A DNA stretch of 64,000 nt from NCBI GenBank assembly GCA_963745235.1, contig CAVUXE010000022.1, positions 67,039 through 131,038 on the forward strand. Reading direction: 5' to 3'. This document shows, piece by piece, positions 30,781 through 41,836 of the stretch (position 1 is the stretch's first letter; each line of letters opens with the position of its first letter). This DNA comes from an uncultured Spirochaetota bacterium (GTDB taxonomy: Bacteria > Spirochaetota > Spirochaetia > SZUA-6 > Fen-1364). The position numbers were made by a program, and so were the translations under genes. The notes under the pieces were generated by a model, which was given only the letters and a program-made list of their open reading frames with translations, ran no database searches and had not been told where the DNA came from.

Positions 30781-33182
30781 GTGGCAAGGAAGTACAGCCC
30801 CAGAAGCGAGTGGATCTCCCAGAGCTCATGGGCGCCTCGCTCAACAGCCGACACCGCGCTCGTGGTCGCCGCCGTGTCTTCGGCCCCGTGCCGTCCCGCG
30901 GACTTTCTCCTTGCTTCCGCCGCGAACCAGAGACCCAGCCCCAGCCGCGCGCCCCGCATGAAAGCGAAGCCCAGCGCCTCGTCTTCGGCGAGGTCCCGGT
31001 CCGCGAGGAGCCGGGCAGAGCGCAAACATCGCATCGTGCTCACGCTCCACGATTGCCGGATGGTCTTCCCGCACGACCGCCTGGTGAAGGCTCCGCCCGG
31101 CCATAGCCAGGGCCTGGCGTCTTGCGGCACGCCGCGCAAAGTCCCTCCGGCAGTGCGCAAAAAGCGTATCAGGGTTCTTCTGCGCCTCGGCCTCCAGTCG
31201 CTCCATCGCGACGCTGCGCGTAGCGCGGTCTCCCGTGACAATCGCGTAGAAGCCGCCGGGCGCCCCGAGGAGGTTCCCCATGGCGATGGCCAGTTGCCGG
31301 ACCAGGACGGGGTTTTCCGCCGAGTTCATCCGGGGAGAATTTCCAGGGCCGCCTCGAATGCTCCCAGCCGGGAGAGCGCGTCGCTTGCCGCGGCAATGAC
31401 GCGCGGCGGGCGCTCCGTCCCGAACAGGTCCAGGAGCGGCTTGCGGGCGGCTCGCGCCCCCATTCTTCCGAGGGCCTGGCAGCAGGCCTCCACGAGCTCC
31501 TCGGAAGGGCTGGCGAGCTCCTGGATGAGCCAGGGCACCGCGCGCTCATCCCCGATGCGGCCCAGCGACCGCGCGGCGTAGGTCCGAATGGTCGAGCCGC
31601 GCTCACGCACGTGGCGGATCAACGGCTCAACGGCGTCCGCGGAACCGATGCGTCCCAGCGCGCGGGCGGCCTCTTCCCTGACTTCGGCGTCAGGGTCATC
31701 CAGGCGCCCGATGATGTCCCGCACCGCAATGGCCCCGGATCCCTTGTCCACGTGGCGCAGCGCCCGGGCCACTTTTGCGGAGCCCTCCCCCCTGCCGAGG
31801 ATGTTGATGGTGAGAAACGTGCGGAAGATCGTCGGGGTCATCAGGGCGGAAAGGAGGAACCCCACCGGCTTCTCCCTGCCTTCACGGATGCGCGACAGGA
31901 TGAGGGTGCTCAAGGCGCACAGGACGAAGCAGACCATGATGATCACCTGGAAACCGCCGATGGGGAACCGGCCGGCTGCCACGACGTGGAAATCGGAAAG
32001 CGCGTCACCCAGGATGCCGCCGAAAAACGCCCCGGCGGCCGACATCACTCCCGTTGTTGCCGCATACCAGGCCACGTATGCCGTCCTGTTCGGCTGCGGG
32101 GTGAGGGTGAGCATGAGCTGGCCCGAGCCGTCGAGGATCGCGAAGCTCAGGAGCCCCTGGACGAGCGCGGTGACGGGCAGGATGTAGGTGTAGTTCCCCG
32201 GACGGAGGACTAGGTAGATGATCCAGCTCAGGGGATACATGCTGCCCAGGAGCACCACGGGCTTCCTCCCCATCCTGTCCATGAGCACGCCCCACCCCAT
32301 TGAGGTTGCGACGTACGAAAGCTGCGTGATGATCATCATGATGCCCAGCCACGTGTTCGGGGCGCCTATCCCGTCGTCGGCGGTGATGTACGGCGCAACG
32401 AAGGGGCCCAGGGTGCTCACCGAAAAGAGCCAGAGTCCAATGGCCAGGGCGAAGCCGAAGAAGTTGCGGTCCCGCAGCGGCTGGGTGAAGTCCGCGGCCC
32501 GAAATCGCGGCCGGGGCCCCGCCGGCACCGGCTCGGGAATGAAGATGTACAGGAGGCTTTCCAGGAGACCGGCAGCGCCGGCCACGGAGAAAATGGCGAA
32601 GTAGGTCCAGAAGATCCCCGCATTTTTGAAGAAGTCAAGCAGGACAACGGCGATGAGGAACCAGACCATGGTTGCCGTGTTGAGCACGGCGGAACGTCGG
32701 CTGAAGAAGGTGGCGCGGGTGTCCTCGGGAACGAGCTCCGACATCCACCTCCACCATCCCGAGACGCCAAGGTTCGCGAACACCCAGCTGACGGCAATCG
32801 CAATCAGCACGGCCTGGGCGCCGACGGCTCTGTCTCCGCCGCGGGCAATCATCAGGGCAACCACCGCCGGCATGAAGCCGAGGACGCGGTGGATGCTGGT
32901 GACGATGATCCAGAACGGTTTCACCCGGCTGCGCCGGCCGAAGATCAGGATGGACAGCAGGTTGAGCACCGAGGCAAGCTGGGTGGACGCCACAAGGAGG
33001 CCCAGGGACCCGTCGGATGCCCCCAGCTGGTTCTTGAAGAAGACGTTCATGATCGTGCCCGGCGCGATCACGGTGATGAAGAGAACGCCGGAAGATCCGA
33101 GGACGATGTTCAGGTTCAAGGCCCGGCGGACCCGCGCAGGGGTGAGACCGGCCGGGTCGGGAGCGGTCCCGCGGTGCGACAT
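30747..33182 (-). CDS. MFS transporter fused to C-terminal HEAT/PBS-lyase repeats; at least two apparent indels (near 31333 and within about 31000-31180)
   Basis: About 12 hydrophobic segments, G.LMDRMGRK MFS motif, then VREEAARALGRIG, IRTYAARSLGRIG and ACCQALGRMG repeats; reading continues in ORFs 30841..31329 and 30747..31241. Confidence 0.78.
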
Positions 33183-33190
33183 GCCCGGCT

Positions 33191-34831
33191 CTAATTCCCG
33201 GGCTCGGCCAGTCTCGCGGCTTCGCTCACCCGGGCCCGGATATCCGCGTCGTCAGGAGAGAGCTCCTGCGCGTGCTTCAGGTATGCCAGCGCCTTGCGGT
33301 ATTCATGCGCGCTGCTCAGGGCGTCCGCAATGGCAAGGAGCGCTTCGCCGTCGTCCGGGTTCTCGTTCAGCGCCGCCCGCAGGTCCGTGAGCACGACGTC
33401 GTCTTCAGCTCCGGCCTGGTGCGCGGCCGTTGCGCGGAGGAAATACAGGGATCCGCGGACCTCGGGCGTTTTCACTGTCCGCAGGTCCGCGGTGGCCAAT
33501 TCCCGCGCATCCTTCGACCTGCCCGCGGCGACGAGCGTCCTGACGCGAAAGAGCAGTGAGCCGTCCCCCCCCGCCTTTTCCAGGGTCTGGGCATAGGCAA
33601 GAGCGCCGTCATAATCCGCAAGCTTCATGGAGATCTGCCACCCCACCTTCAACAGCTCGGGGGTTCTCAGGCGCTCGGGCACGCGCTGGAGGTAGCCGTC
33701 TGCTTCCTGCCATCTCCCGGCGCGCGCGGCGGCGCCGGCAAGGAGAGCCAGGGTGCCGGCTCTGGTCGGGTCCAGCCTGAGAGCCGCCTGAAGCGCCGCT
33801 TCGCCTTCCACGCTGTTCCCGCGGGCCAGCAGTATCCTTCCGCGCAGCTCGGGGAATGCCGGGTCGTTGGGGAACTTCGGCTCGACTTCCGACAGGATTT
33901 TCATTGCGCCGTCAGGGTTTCCGGCCTTCTCGAAAAGGATAGTGGCTCTTTCCGCCTGCGCGGCGGCGTTGTTCGGCGCAATTCTCACGAGCGAATCCAG
34001 GATGGACAGGGCCTGGTACCAGTCTCCCATGTCTTCAAAAGCCTTGGCCCGCAGGAGCAGGAGATCGCTCGAGTCGGGGGCAAGAAGGAGCGCGTGCGCT
34101 GCCGCGTCCGCGGCCTGTCCCTGCTTCCCCGCGGCCAGCGAAATGCGGGCCATGGCGGTCTGCTGCGCCGCGGGAGTGGGAAGCTCACCCGCGTATTTCG
34201 TGAGAAGGGGAAGCTCCGCTGCCGCCGTGCCCTGGTCGATGGCTGCGTTGATGATCCCGAGCTTGGCCGGATAGAAGGAGGGGTCCCGATGGAGGCACTC
34301 CTCGTAGAGGGGCCGGATCGCGTCTGACGGCCTTCCCTGGCGCTCCAGGAGGAGGGCGCGAAGGTACGGAGGCAGAATTGAATCAGCGTTCAGGTCATTC
34401 GCCGTTGTGAGACCGTCCAGGATGCTCGCAGCGTGGTCGTCATCCGGAACGGGCCCCGGAGTGAGAAGGGAAAGCGCCGGACCGACCGCCTGGAAGAACT
34501 TCGAGCTCGCGGGGACCGAGTCAGCCAGCGCGCCGGGCGCTGCTCCCGGAAAGGGGTCCTGCAGCTCAGGGTACAGGTTCACCCACAGGCGGCTGGCAAA
34601 CAGAGTGAGATCGGCTGTCGCCGGCTCTCCCTTCAGCTCCTGCCCGTCAAGAAGCTGGGCGGCCCTTGTCAGAGACTCCGTTCGAGCAATCTCGACCAGG
34701 CGCATTGCGCTGCCCAGGTCCGCCTGGATCCGGGAGGCCCGCTGTGCGGCTTCGTCTGTTTTTGGCGCGCCAGCGCAACCGGCGAGGACGGCCGCAAGCA
34801 GCACAAATGACATTCTCGATGAAGCGCTCAT
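33191..34831 (-). CDS. TPR-repeat lipoprotein
   Basis: Lipobox VLAGC; many helical TPR units (ALLLAPDS, ALRLDPT, AQELSPDD). Confidence 0.8.
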   Translation of the reverse strand: MSASSRMSFVLLAAVLAGCAGAPKTDEAAQRASRIQADLGSAMRLVEIARTESLTRAAQLLDGQELKGEPATADLTLFASRLWVNLYPELQDPFPGAAPGALADSVPASSKFFQAVGPALSLLTPGPVPDDDHAASILDGLTTANDLNADSILPPYLRALLLERQGRPSDAIRPLYEECLHRDPSFYPAKLGIINAAIDQGTAAAELPLLTKYAGELPTPAAQQTAMARISLAAGKQGQAADAAAHALLLAPDSSDLLLLRAKAFEDMGDWYQALSILDSLVRIAPNNAAAQAERATILFEKAGNPDGAMKILSEVEPKFPNDPAFPELRGRILLARGNSVEGEAALQAALRLDPTRAGTLALLAGAAARAGRWQEADGYLQRVPERLRTPELLKVGWQISMKLADYDGALAYAQTLEKAGGDGSLLFRVRTLVAAGRSKDARELATADLRTVKTPEVRGSLYFLRATAAHQAGAEDDVVLTDLRAALNENPDDGEALLAIADALSSAHEYRKALAYLKHAQELSPDDADIRARVSEAARLAEPGN

Positions 34832-36843
34832 GGAATCTCTCGAGAAGCAATGGCCTGGCTGATCATGGGGCCCAGGGGAACGGATACCATGTAGTAGTCG
34901 TTCGAGGCATTCCACAGGGTGAAGCCCTGTGCCGCTCCCTGGAGGGCGCCCTGCACCTGGTCCACGAGGTACGTCGAGTAGACCGACGGGGTGAAGCTGA
35001 GCTCTCCTCCAATGCGGAAAGCCTGGACATACGGGCGGATGATGCTCCTGCCTTCAACGATATACGCCGATCTCCGGCTCCCTTCCTGGTAGATGTACTG
35101 AGCCCGCGGGAGGTACGCCATGGAGCCCAGGAAGTCCCGCGGGAAGTGCGAGGGGTAGAACATGGGCTGGATGACATCAACATAGCGCGAATACATCTCG
35201 ATGTTCTGGGCCACCCAGTTCGAGATCCGGGCCCAGCCGCAATAGCCGTAGACGTCTGTCGAGATGGGGATGGTCAGGGCCTCACGCGCCTTTGCAAGGA
35301 ACGACTCCAGCGCCTCCAGCTTTCCCATGCCGTCCCTGCGGAAACGCCAGGTGATCCGTCCGAGGTCCCCGTCCGACGGGAAGCGGATGTAGTCGAACTG
35401 GACTTCGTCCACGCCGTGGTCCTGCAGCTCTCGGGCGATGGCGATGTTGTAGTCCCAGACATACTCGGAGAAAGGATCCACCCAGTATTCACCCTGGACC
35501 AGGGACTCTTCCCCCGTGTCTTCATCCACGACCTTCTTGAGATATCGCCAGGGGGCCTTGGCGACCCTGTCCCACGCCGCGTAGGCGTAGTCGTCGGAGT
35601 TGTACAGCTGCTTGTCGCGGAAAACAACGATGCGCCCGATCAGGTACAGTCCGTTCGCGTGCGCGGCCTGGACCACGTCGTCGATCTTGAAGCGTTTCTG
35701 GATCGCCCCGATCCTGCGCGGAATGGCAAGGTTGGTGTCGTAGGTGAGGTAGCCGAAATCGTCCTTGAAATCCAGGACCATGCTGTTCATCCCCTGCGAC
35801 TTGAGAAAATCAATGTGATCCTGGAGATACTTGCCCGACGCCTGGTGGGAGGAGACATAGATGCCGTACTTGTCCGCGGCGGTTGCCATTCTCTGGGCCT
35901 TGTCCGCCGGGATGGATACGGCCATGTCGATCTTTTCGATCAGCTTCCACGAGGCGTCAGCGGGAGTGTAGCTCCAGCGTGCGTTGTCGGTGCGGCACTC
36001 CAGGAACCACGTCCCCGCCGCCCCTGCGGCAGGTGAGCGCAGGAAAGCGATGTCGCGGATTGCGGAGCCGACGGGGCCCGCGCTGAGATCGATCTGCGCA
36101 ACGTTCTTTGTCCCGCGTTTCAGGGCGTAGAGGCCTTTTCCGAACCCGAGGGCAAACCAGATGAGCGACGGGTCCGAGGGGTCATGGGCAATGGAGGCAA
36201 TTTCCTCGAAGTTCCCCCCTCCCAGTTGGAGCGAGACGAGGGGCTCGGAGAGGGATCTCCACGTCTTCCCGCCGTCCTGGCTTTCGAAGAACCCGTGGAA
36301 CGAGGTGCCAACGAGCATGCCGTTCGTGTCGCCGGGCGCCAGGGAAATGCAGGTGAGCTGGTCGTTGGCCCGAATGGGGTCCTTCAGCTCCACTTTTTGC
36401 CAGCTCGCCCCTCCGTCTTCGGAGAGGAAGACCGCGTCCAGGGTGGAGATGCCAACCCGGTTTCCATCAAGGGGATCCACGGAGAGGTCGGTGATGACGG
36501 GGGGCTTGTCCTCCGTGAACGGGTACACGGCCCTCCGGGGAAGCCCCGTATTCCGCTCAGCCCAGGTCTGCCCTCCGTCCTCGGAGAAAAGGACCCCATG
36601 ATCCAGGGAAACCCGCCAGATGGACGCGGATGAAGTGCGGAATATCCTGTCCGGCGCGTACTGCGTCTCAAGGGGGAGGAGCTTTGCCTTGTCAGATTGA
36701 ACAGCAATGCGCGTGGTGTCCCCCGTTGCCGGAGGCGCGAGCAGTGTGGGGGAGCCCTCCTGGGCGCTGAGGAAAGTGACAATGCCCGCTGAAGAGAGAA
36801 ACATTACGGAGACCGCGACAATGAGGATGAGCCGCCTGCTCAT
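34828..36843 (-). CDS. Exported putative glycoside hydrolase (DUF4015-like TIM barrel) with N-terminal BNR/Asp-box repeats
   Basis: Signal peptide; SEDGGQTW, SEDGGASW and SQDGGKTW; DFKDD, IGRIVVFRD, WVDP, DEVQFDYIRFP and PMFYPSHF. Confidence 0.8.
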   Translation of the reverse strand: MSRRLILIVAVSVMFLSSAGIVTFLSAQEGSPTLLAPPATGDTTRIAVQSDKAKLLPLETQYAPDRIFRTSSASIWRVSLDHGVLFSEDGGQTWAERNTGLPRRAVYPFTEDKPPVITDLSVDPLDGNRVGISTLDAVFLSEDGGASWQKVELKDPIRANDQLTCISLAPGDTNGMLVGTSFHGFFESQDGGKTWRSLSEPLVSLQLGGGNFEEIASIAHDPSDPSLIWFALGFGKGLYALKRGTKNVAQIDLSAGPVGSAIRDIAFLRSPAAGAAGTWFLECRTDNARWSYTPADASWKLIEKIDMAVSIPADKAQRMATAADKYGIYVSSHQASGKYLQDHIDFLKSQGMNSMVLDFKDDFGYLTYDTNLAIPRRIGAIQKRFKIDDVVQAAHANGLYLIGRIVVFRDKQLYNSDDYAYAAWDRVAKAPWRYLKKVVDEDTGEESLVQGEYWVDPFSEYVWDYNIAIARELQDHGVDEVQFDYIRFPSDGDLGRITWRFRRDGMGKLEALESFLAKAREALTIPISTDVYGYCGWARISNWVAQNIEMYSRYVDVIQPMFYPSHFPRDFLGSMAYLPRAQYIYQEGSRRSAYIVEGRSIIRPYVQAFRIGGELSFTPSVYSTYLVDQVQGALQGAAQGFTLWNASNDYYMVSVPLGPMISQAIASREIP

Positions 36844-37391
36844 ACCTTATTACTCGGCCTGCGCGCACTGAAAAATGAAATGATAAGCGTAATTCCCAGA
36901 ACCACCAGAATCATGGGCCACCACTGCCGGACGAACCACACCAGCCCTCCCGGCTCCCGATGGAGGCTGAAGAGCAGAAAGAACAAGGCGAGAAACGAAA
37001 TGAATGCGGCTGGAACGATGATCGCCGTCCGTGACGCGCCTTTTTTCCGAAGCGCGTACGGGACCAGCGAGATCCCTGTTACCAGCATGAAAAGCGGCCA
37101 GATCCTCTGGAGATTCTGCCCTTCCAGCACCGTATTGGAAAGGAGGAACACGAGGCCGCCGAGGGTGAGCACCATCCCGGGGATGATCCAGGTGTCCGAA
37201 TGCTTGCGCGGCCATGCCATGTAGAGGAAGAAGAGGCCCGTGACGAGCACCAGGATGGGCCACCACTTGCCCGGCTGCGGAAGATATCCGAAGTTCCACA
37301 GGAGGAGGACCCCGCCCGCAACAAGCCCCGCGACCCCCAGAATGAGGAACTTGTTCGGGTAGCGGGGTCTTTGGACCACCCGCCTGCTCAT
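36840..37391 (-). CDS. LiaF/LiaI-like (DUF5668-type) membrane protein
   Basis: Three repeated WWP/IWP-hydrophobic helix units. Confidence 0.65.
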   Translation of the reverse strand: MSRRVVQRPRYPNKFLILGVAGLVAGGVLLLWNFGYLPQPGKWWPILVLVTGLFFLYMAWPRKHSDTWIIPGMVLTLGGLVFLLSNTVLEGQNLQRIWPLFMLVTGISLVPYALRKKGASRTAIIVPAAFISFLALFFLLFSLHREPGGLVWFVRQWWPMILVVLGITLIISFFSARRPSNKV

Positions 37392-38605
37392 GCGCCGAGA
37401 TTCTCCACGATCCGGGAAGCGAACGCGGATGTTGATACCTGCGTTGCGCCCTGCATCAGCCGGGCGAAATCGTAGGTCACGACCTTCTGCTCGATGGTCC
37501 GGGTCAGGCCCTTCTCGATGAGGGCCGCCGCCTCGGTCCATCCCAGGTAGTCGAACATCATCTGGCCGGAAAGGATCACCGAGGACGGGTTGGCCATGTC
37601 CTTGTCCGCATACTTGGGAGCCGTGCCGTGCGTTGCCTCGAAAACGGCGTGCCCGGTGACATAATTGATGTTGGCGCCCGGCGCGATCCCGATCCCGCCA
37701 ACCTGGGCGGCCAGCGCATCTGAGATGTAGTCACCGTTGAGGTTCGTGGTGGCAATGACGTCGTACTCCGCCGGCCTGCTGAGGATCTGCTGGAGGAAGT
37801 TGTCCGCGATTGCGTCCTTGACGAGCACCTTTCCTGCCGGCACCGCGGGCGGCTCCCCGCTTTCCTTCTGGAGCACGACGTTGTGCGAAAACTCGCGCGC
37901 GGCAAGCTCGTAGCCCCATTCCCGGAAGGCACCCTCGGTGAACTTCTGGATGTTTCCCTTGTGCACCAGCGTGACGCTCTTCCTTCCGCGGGAGACGGCG
38001 TACTGAAGGGCTGCGCGGACGAGCCGCTCCGACCCTGTGCGGCTCACGGGCTTGATCCCGATGCCGGAGTCTTCCCTGATATTCCATCCCATGGTGTCAC
38101 GGAGGAAAGCGATCAGTTTGCCCGCTTCAGGACTGCCCTCTTTCGCCTCGAACCCCGCGTACACATCCTCGGTGTTCTCACGGAACACGACCATGTCCAC
38201 TCTTTCCGGGTGCACCACCGGGGAGGGCACGCCGGGATACCAGCGCACGGGCCGCAGGCAGACGTACAGGTCGAGCTTCTGCCGCAGGGCGACATTCAGG
38301 CTGCGGATGCCGCCGCCCACGGGCGTGGTGAGGGGCCCCTTGATGCCGACGAGGTGGGATCGAAAGGATTCCTCCGTCTCCGCCGGGAGCCAGTCCCCGG
38401 TTTCCCGGAAGGCCTTCTCTCCCGCGAGCACGGGAACCCATTCCACGCTTCGACGCCCGCTGTACGCGCGCGCAACCGCTTCGTCGAACACGCGCCGGGC
38501 GGCGCGCCAGATGTCGGGCCCTGTGCCGTCTCCTTCGATGTACGGGATCAGGGGATTGTCCGGGACTGAAAGACCAGATGAAGACCGTGTAATTCTCGTT
38601 CCCAT
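37388..38605 (-). CDS. icd: Isocitrate dehydrogenase (E. coli-type homodimeric, likely NADP-dependent)
   Basis: [44 protein letters not shown] and [10 protein letters not shown]. Confidence 0.95.
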   Translation of the reverse strand: MGTRITRSSSGLSVPDNPLIPYIEGDGTGPDIWRAARRVFDEAVARAYSGRRSVEWVPVLAGEKAFRETGDWLPAETEESFRSHLVGIKGPLTTPVGGGIRSLNVALRQKLDLYVCLRPVRWYPGVPSPVVHPERVDMVVFRENTEDVYAGFEAKEGSPEAGKLIAFLRDTMGWNIREDSGIGIKPVSRTGSERLVRAALQYAVSRGRKSVTLVHKGNIQKFTEGAFREWGYELAAREFSHNVVLQKESGEPPAVPAGKVLVKDAIADNFLQQILSRPAEYDVIATTNLNGDYISDALAAQVGGIGIAPGANINYVTGHAVFEATHGTAPKYADKDMANPSSVILSGQMMFDYLGWTEAAALIEKGLTRTIEQKVVTYDFARLMQGATQVSTSAFASRIVENLGA

Positions 38606-38691
38606 GAGCTCCCCCGGGCGTGATAGTACCAGAAACCTGTCTGCCTTGCCAACTCGGCAGGCCGCCGTGTCAGGCCGCCGCCGTGGTGCGG

Positions 38692-38720
38692 TTGCCAACG
38701 GACCGCGTTCCTGCTACGAT
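38692..38720 (+). promoter_or_regulatory. Sigma70 promoter for the TPR-MltD operon
   Basis: TTGCCA-N17-TACGAT with an extended TG. Confidence 0.55.
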
Positions 38721-38730
38721 CCCCCCAGCC

Positions 38731-39810
38731 ATGAGAGCGCGGTTTCTTCTTCTCATCGCGCTGGCCACCACGCTGGCTGCGCTTGTCACAGGTTGTTCGG
38801 CATCCGACACTCGCTATTACCTCGGGACTTTCGAGCAGAACCAGGACCTGCGAGAGCTGTTTCGCCTGTTCCGCAAGGAGAAAGACCAGGAGAACAGGTT
38901 CGTCCTCATCCAGCAGATCGCCTCCGCGCTCGCGAATGCCGGCAAGCGGGACAAGGAGATCATCTTTCTCACGACGCACGTGGAGAAGAACCCGTCTGAC
39001 ATCTACAACGCCTACTACCTGCTGCTGGTTGCCGAGGCCTACAGCGACATGAAAGAAGCTCCCCTGGCAATCTACTATTACCGGCAGATCCTCATGAACG
39101 ATGCGGACCTGCTGGTCAGGGGAAGGTCCATCCACCTGCAGTGCCTCGAGGACCTGCTTGCGCTGGAGAACAACCCCGAGCACAAGATCGAATACTACAA
39201 GGAGATCATCTCCCGGTTCGGGGACCAGATCGAGCATCCCGCCGTGAACTGGTACTTCATGGCGAAGAGCTACGAAGAGGTGGGGGAGTGGGACCAGGCC
39301 AGGCAGGCATACAACAAGTACCTGGGCTACCCTGACACCGACATCCCCGGGGAGCCCAACGCGTACCGCATTGCAAACGAAAAAGTCAACCTCTACGACA
39401 ATCCGGACAAGAGCTGGATGGTGCCTGACCTGCAGACGCTCGTTGATGCCGTGAAAGACGCAATTGTCACGAAGAACATATCGAAGCTCAAGAAGTACCA
39501 GGCCAAGGTCAATTTCTACGAAGGCGGATGGGATCAGACTGCGCTGTTCGGCGACCCCACGGGAGAAGGCTCCAGCGAGGGCAACCGGACGCTGGACATC
39601 ACATCCTATCTGGCCAGCTCGTACCCGAAGATCGACGGTCAGCTGGATATCGCCGACAATGATCGCGAGGCGACTCTGCGCACGACGGATTGGAACTTCC
39701 GTCCGCCGACATGGTACCTGTACTTCCGCAAGGTGGATTTCCCTGCGGATCCTGACATCAACGGGCAATGGGAATGGGCTGGCGTATACTTCGGCGAGAA
39801 GCTGCCCTAA
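38731..39810 (+). CDS. TPR-containing lipoprotein (spirochaete type)
   Basis: Lipobox LVTGC; TPR-like helices; C-terminal WYLYFRKVDFPADPDINGQWEWAGVYFGE. Confidence 0.78.
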   Translation: MRARFLLLIALATTLAALVTGCSASDTRYYLGTFEQNQDLRELFRLFRKEKDQENRFVLIQQIASALANAGKRDKEIIFLTTHVEKNPSDIYNAYYLLLVAEAYSDMKEAPLAIYYYRQILMNDADLLVRGRSIHLQCLEDLLALENNPEHKIEYYKEIISRFGDQIEHPAVNWYFMAKSYEEVGEWDQARQAYNKYLGYPDTDIPGEPNAYRIANEKVNLYDNPDKSWMVPDLQTLVDAVKDAIVTKNISKLKKYQAKVNFYEGGWDQTALFGDPTGEGSSEGNRTLDITSYLASSYPKIDGQLDIADNDREATLRTTDWNFRPPTWYLYFRKVDFPADPDINGQWEWAGVYFGEKLP

Positions 39811-40955
39811 TTTCTGCTCTCTGCCTGGTGGCGGCAGACTGCTGGGCAGGACAGGTCACGGCGGGACCGCTGCCCGTGGCGCCCCCGGCGGGGCCCCAGG
39901 CGGACGCCACACCGGGGCCGCCGCGGCCCGAGGCCCGGCCGCAGGCGGAGGACACTCTCGGACCGCTGCCCCCCCTGCAGGGCCATCGCGGGGATGAGAT
40001 CTATTCCCTCGACATCCCGGACGAAGACGTCATCCAAAGGTACATGGAGGGACTCCTTGCCCAGCGGAGGGACTGGCTGCAGGCCGTGCTTTCCCGGAGC
40101 CGCCGTTACCGTCTTGTCATTGCGGCGGAAGTGGCTGACAGGGGCCTGCCGCGGGAGTTGCGTTTCCTGCCGGCCGTGGAGTCCGGATTTCAAACGCATG
40201 CGGTGTCTCCCCGCGGCGCGGTCGGCCTCTGGCAGCTCATGCGAAATACCGCCTCCCCGTACGGCCTGCGCATGGACCAGTGGATGGACGAACGTCGGGA
40301 CTTCATGCGTTCCACCGAAGCGTCGCTCCAGAAGCTCCAGGACAATTTCGACCAGTTCGGGGACTGGCCCCTCGCCCTTGCCGCCTACAATTGCGGGGCG
40401 GGACGGCTGGCGGGGGTCCTTTCCAGGAATCCAGACTCGGATTTCTGGGCGTTGAGGAAGAAAGGGGTCCTTCCTCGAGAGACAGCCGCCTTCGTTCCGA
40501 TGTTCCTTGCAATCACCCGCATCCTGAGCTATCCGGGTCGTTACGGCCTGGATGCCGGCTGGGACCCTTCTTCGGACTGGGCGCGCATTCCCCTGGAGGC
40601 CTGCGTGGACCTGCGCCTCCTCTCACGGGAGTCCGGGGTCCCCCTGGATGTTCTCGCATCGAGCAACGCGGAGCTCAACTTCCCCATGACCCCACCCGCA
40701 TCGTACCAGTACGTGCTCAAAGTCCCCCAGGAATACGAGCAGGCGGTGAAGGATACGCTGGCCGCCGCCGTTGTCCCGCTCATGGAGTTCAACATCCATG
40801 TCGTCAAGTCCGGAGATACTCTCTCAGGGATGGCGCAGAAGTACCATGTCACCGTGGATATGATCCTCCAGTTCAACCCGAGGCTCACGCCACGGGCCCT
40901 CCAGATAGGATCGAAGGTCATGATCCCCATGGCGCCCCCGCGGAGCGAAGGATGA
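39768..40955 (+). CDS. MltD-like lytic transglycosylase with a C-terminal LysM domain
   Basis: PAVESGF, GAVGLWQLM, LALAAYNCG and LPRET; LysM HVVKSGDTLS...LQIG. Confidence 0.9.
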   Translation: MGMGWRILRREAALISALCLVAADCWAGQVTAGPLPVAPPAGPQADATPGPPRPEARPQAEDTLGPLPPLQGHRGDEIYSLDIPDEDVIQRYMEGLLAQRRDWLQAVLSRSRRYRLVIAAEVADRGLPRELRFLPAVESGFQTHAVSPRGAVGLWQLMRNTASPYGLRMDQWMDERRDFMRSTEASLQKLQDNFDQFGDWPLALAAYNCGAGRLAGVLSRNPDSDFWALRKKGVLPRETAAFVPMFLAITRILSYPGRYGLDAGWDPSSDWARIPLEACVDLRLLSRESGVPLDVLASSNAELNFPMTPPASYQYVLKVPQEYEQAVKDTLAAAVVPLMEFNIHVVKSGDTLSGMAQKYHVTVDMILQFNPRLTPRALQIGSKVMIPMAPPRSEG

Positions 40956-41828
40956 TGAGGACCTTCCTTGCCTTCCTTGCGCTGTGCGCGCTGGGGATTC
41001 AGCCCGCTTCCGCTCAGGCCGGGAAGCTCATCGTTGATGAGCCGGGCTTCACCGCCCGCAGCCGGGTGGACTGGACTGGCGGGATGCTGGAGGTCGAAGC
41101 CTCGCGCCAGTTGGACCCCTCCACCGCGGCGCTTCCGCGGGCCAAGGCAGATGCCGAAACGGACATAGAGTCACGCCTGAGCGGTTTCATGACGGCAGCC
41201 CTGTCGGCAGTCATCATCGACTCCTCCCATACCTATGGTGACCTGCTCGGGCGCGACCCCGCCTTGTTCTCCCGGGCTGAGCGAGCTCGCGGGCGGGGCC
41301 CAGCGGCAGGCGCTGTTCCTGTCGGACGATTTTTCGCATCTCATCGCCCGGTACTCCCTGCCCCTCTTTGGAGCGCAGGGGATCGCTTCCCCCCTGTACC
41401 CGTCACGGAGCGAGCCCGTGCGCCGCGGCCTGGGATGGGTCCCCACCAGGCCTTTCACCGGACTTCTCATCTACGCGAAGGGAATGCTTCCCGTCGTCGG
41501 GGCCAACGGCATGGCCCCGGCGCGGCCGGCCGTGTTCCCGCGCATCTTCGATGAAAGCATGACCCTCGTCATGGAAAAGGGAATGTGCGGGCCGGAGGCC
41601 CTCGCCCAGTGGGGCATGGTGGGCTATGCGGCGAGCCTGGATGACCCCGTGGTGACGCTGCGCGCCGGGGCGCTGCCGCTCCGGCTCGTCGCCCGCGGCG
41701 TGTTCGGTGACAACGCAACCGATATCGTAATTCCCACGGAGGGCGCGCGGCAGCTGCTGACCCTGCCGGAGAACCGGGAGCTCCTGCGCGAAGGGCGGAT
41801 TGTGATCGTCTACGAGAGCCTCGACTGA
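40952..41828 (+). CDS. Exported hypothetical protein; apparent indel near 41272
   Basis: Signal peptide MMRTFLAFLALC; continues as FTGLLIYAKG...PRIFDE...ARGVFG..TDIVI in ORF 41235..41828. Confidence 0.65.
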
Positions 41829-41836
41829 CCCGGCGC

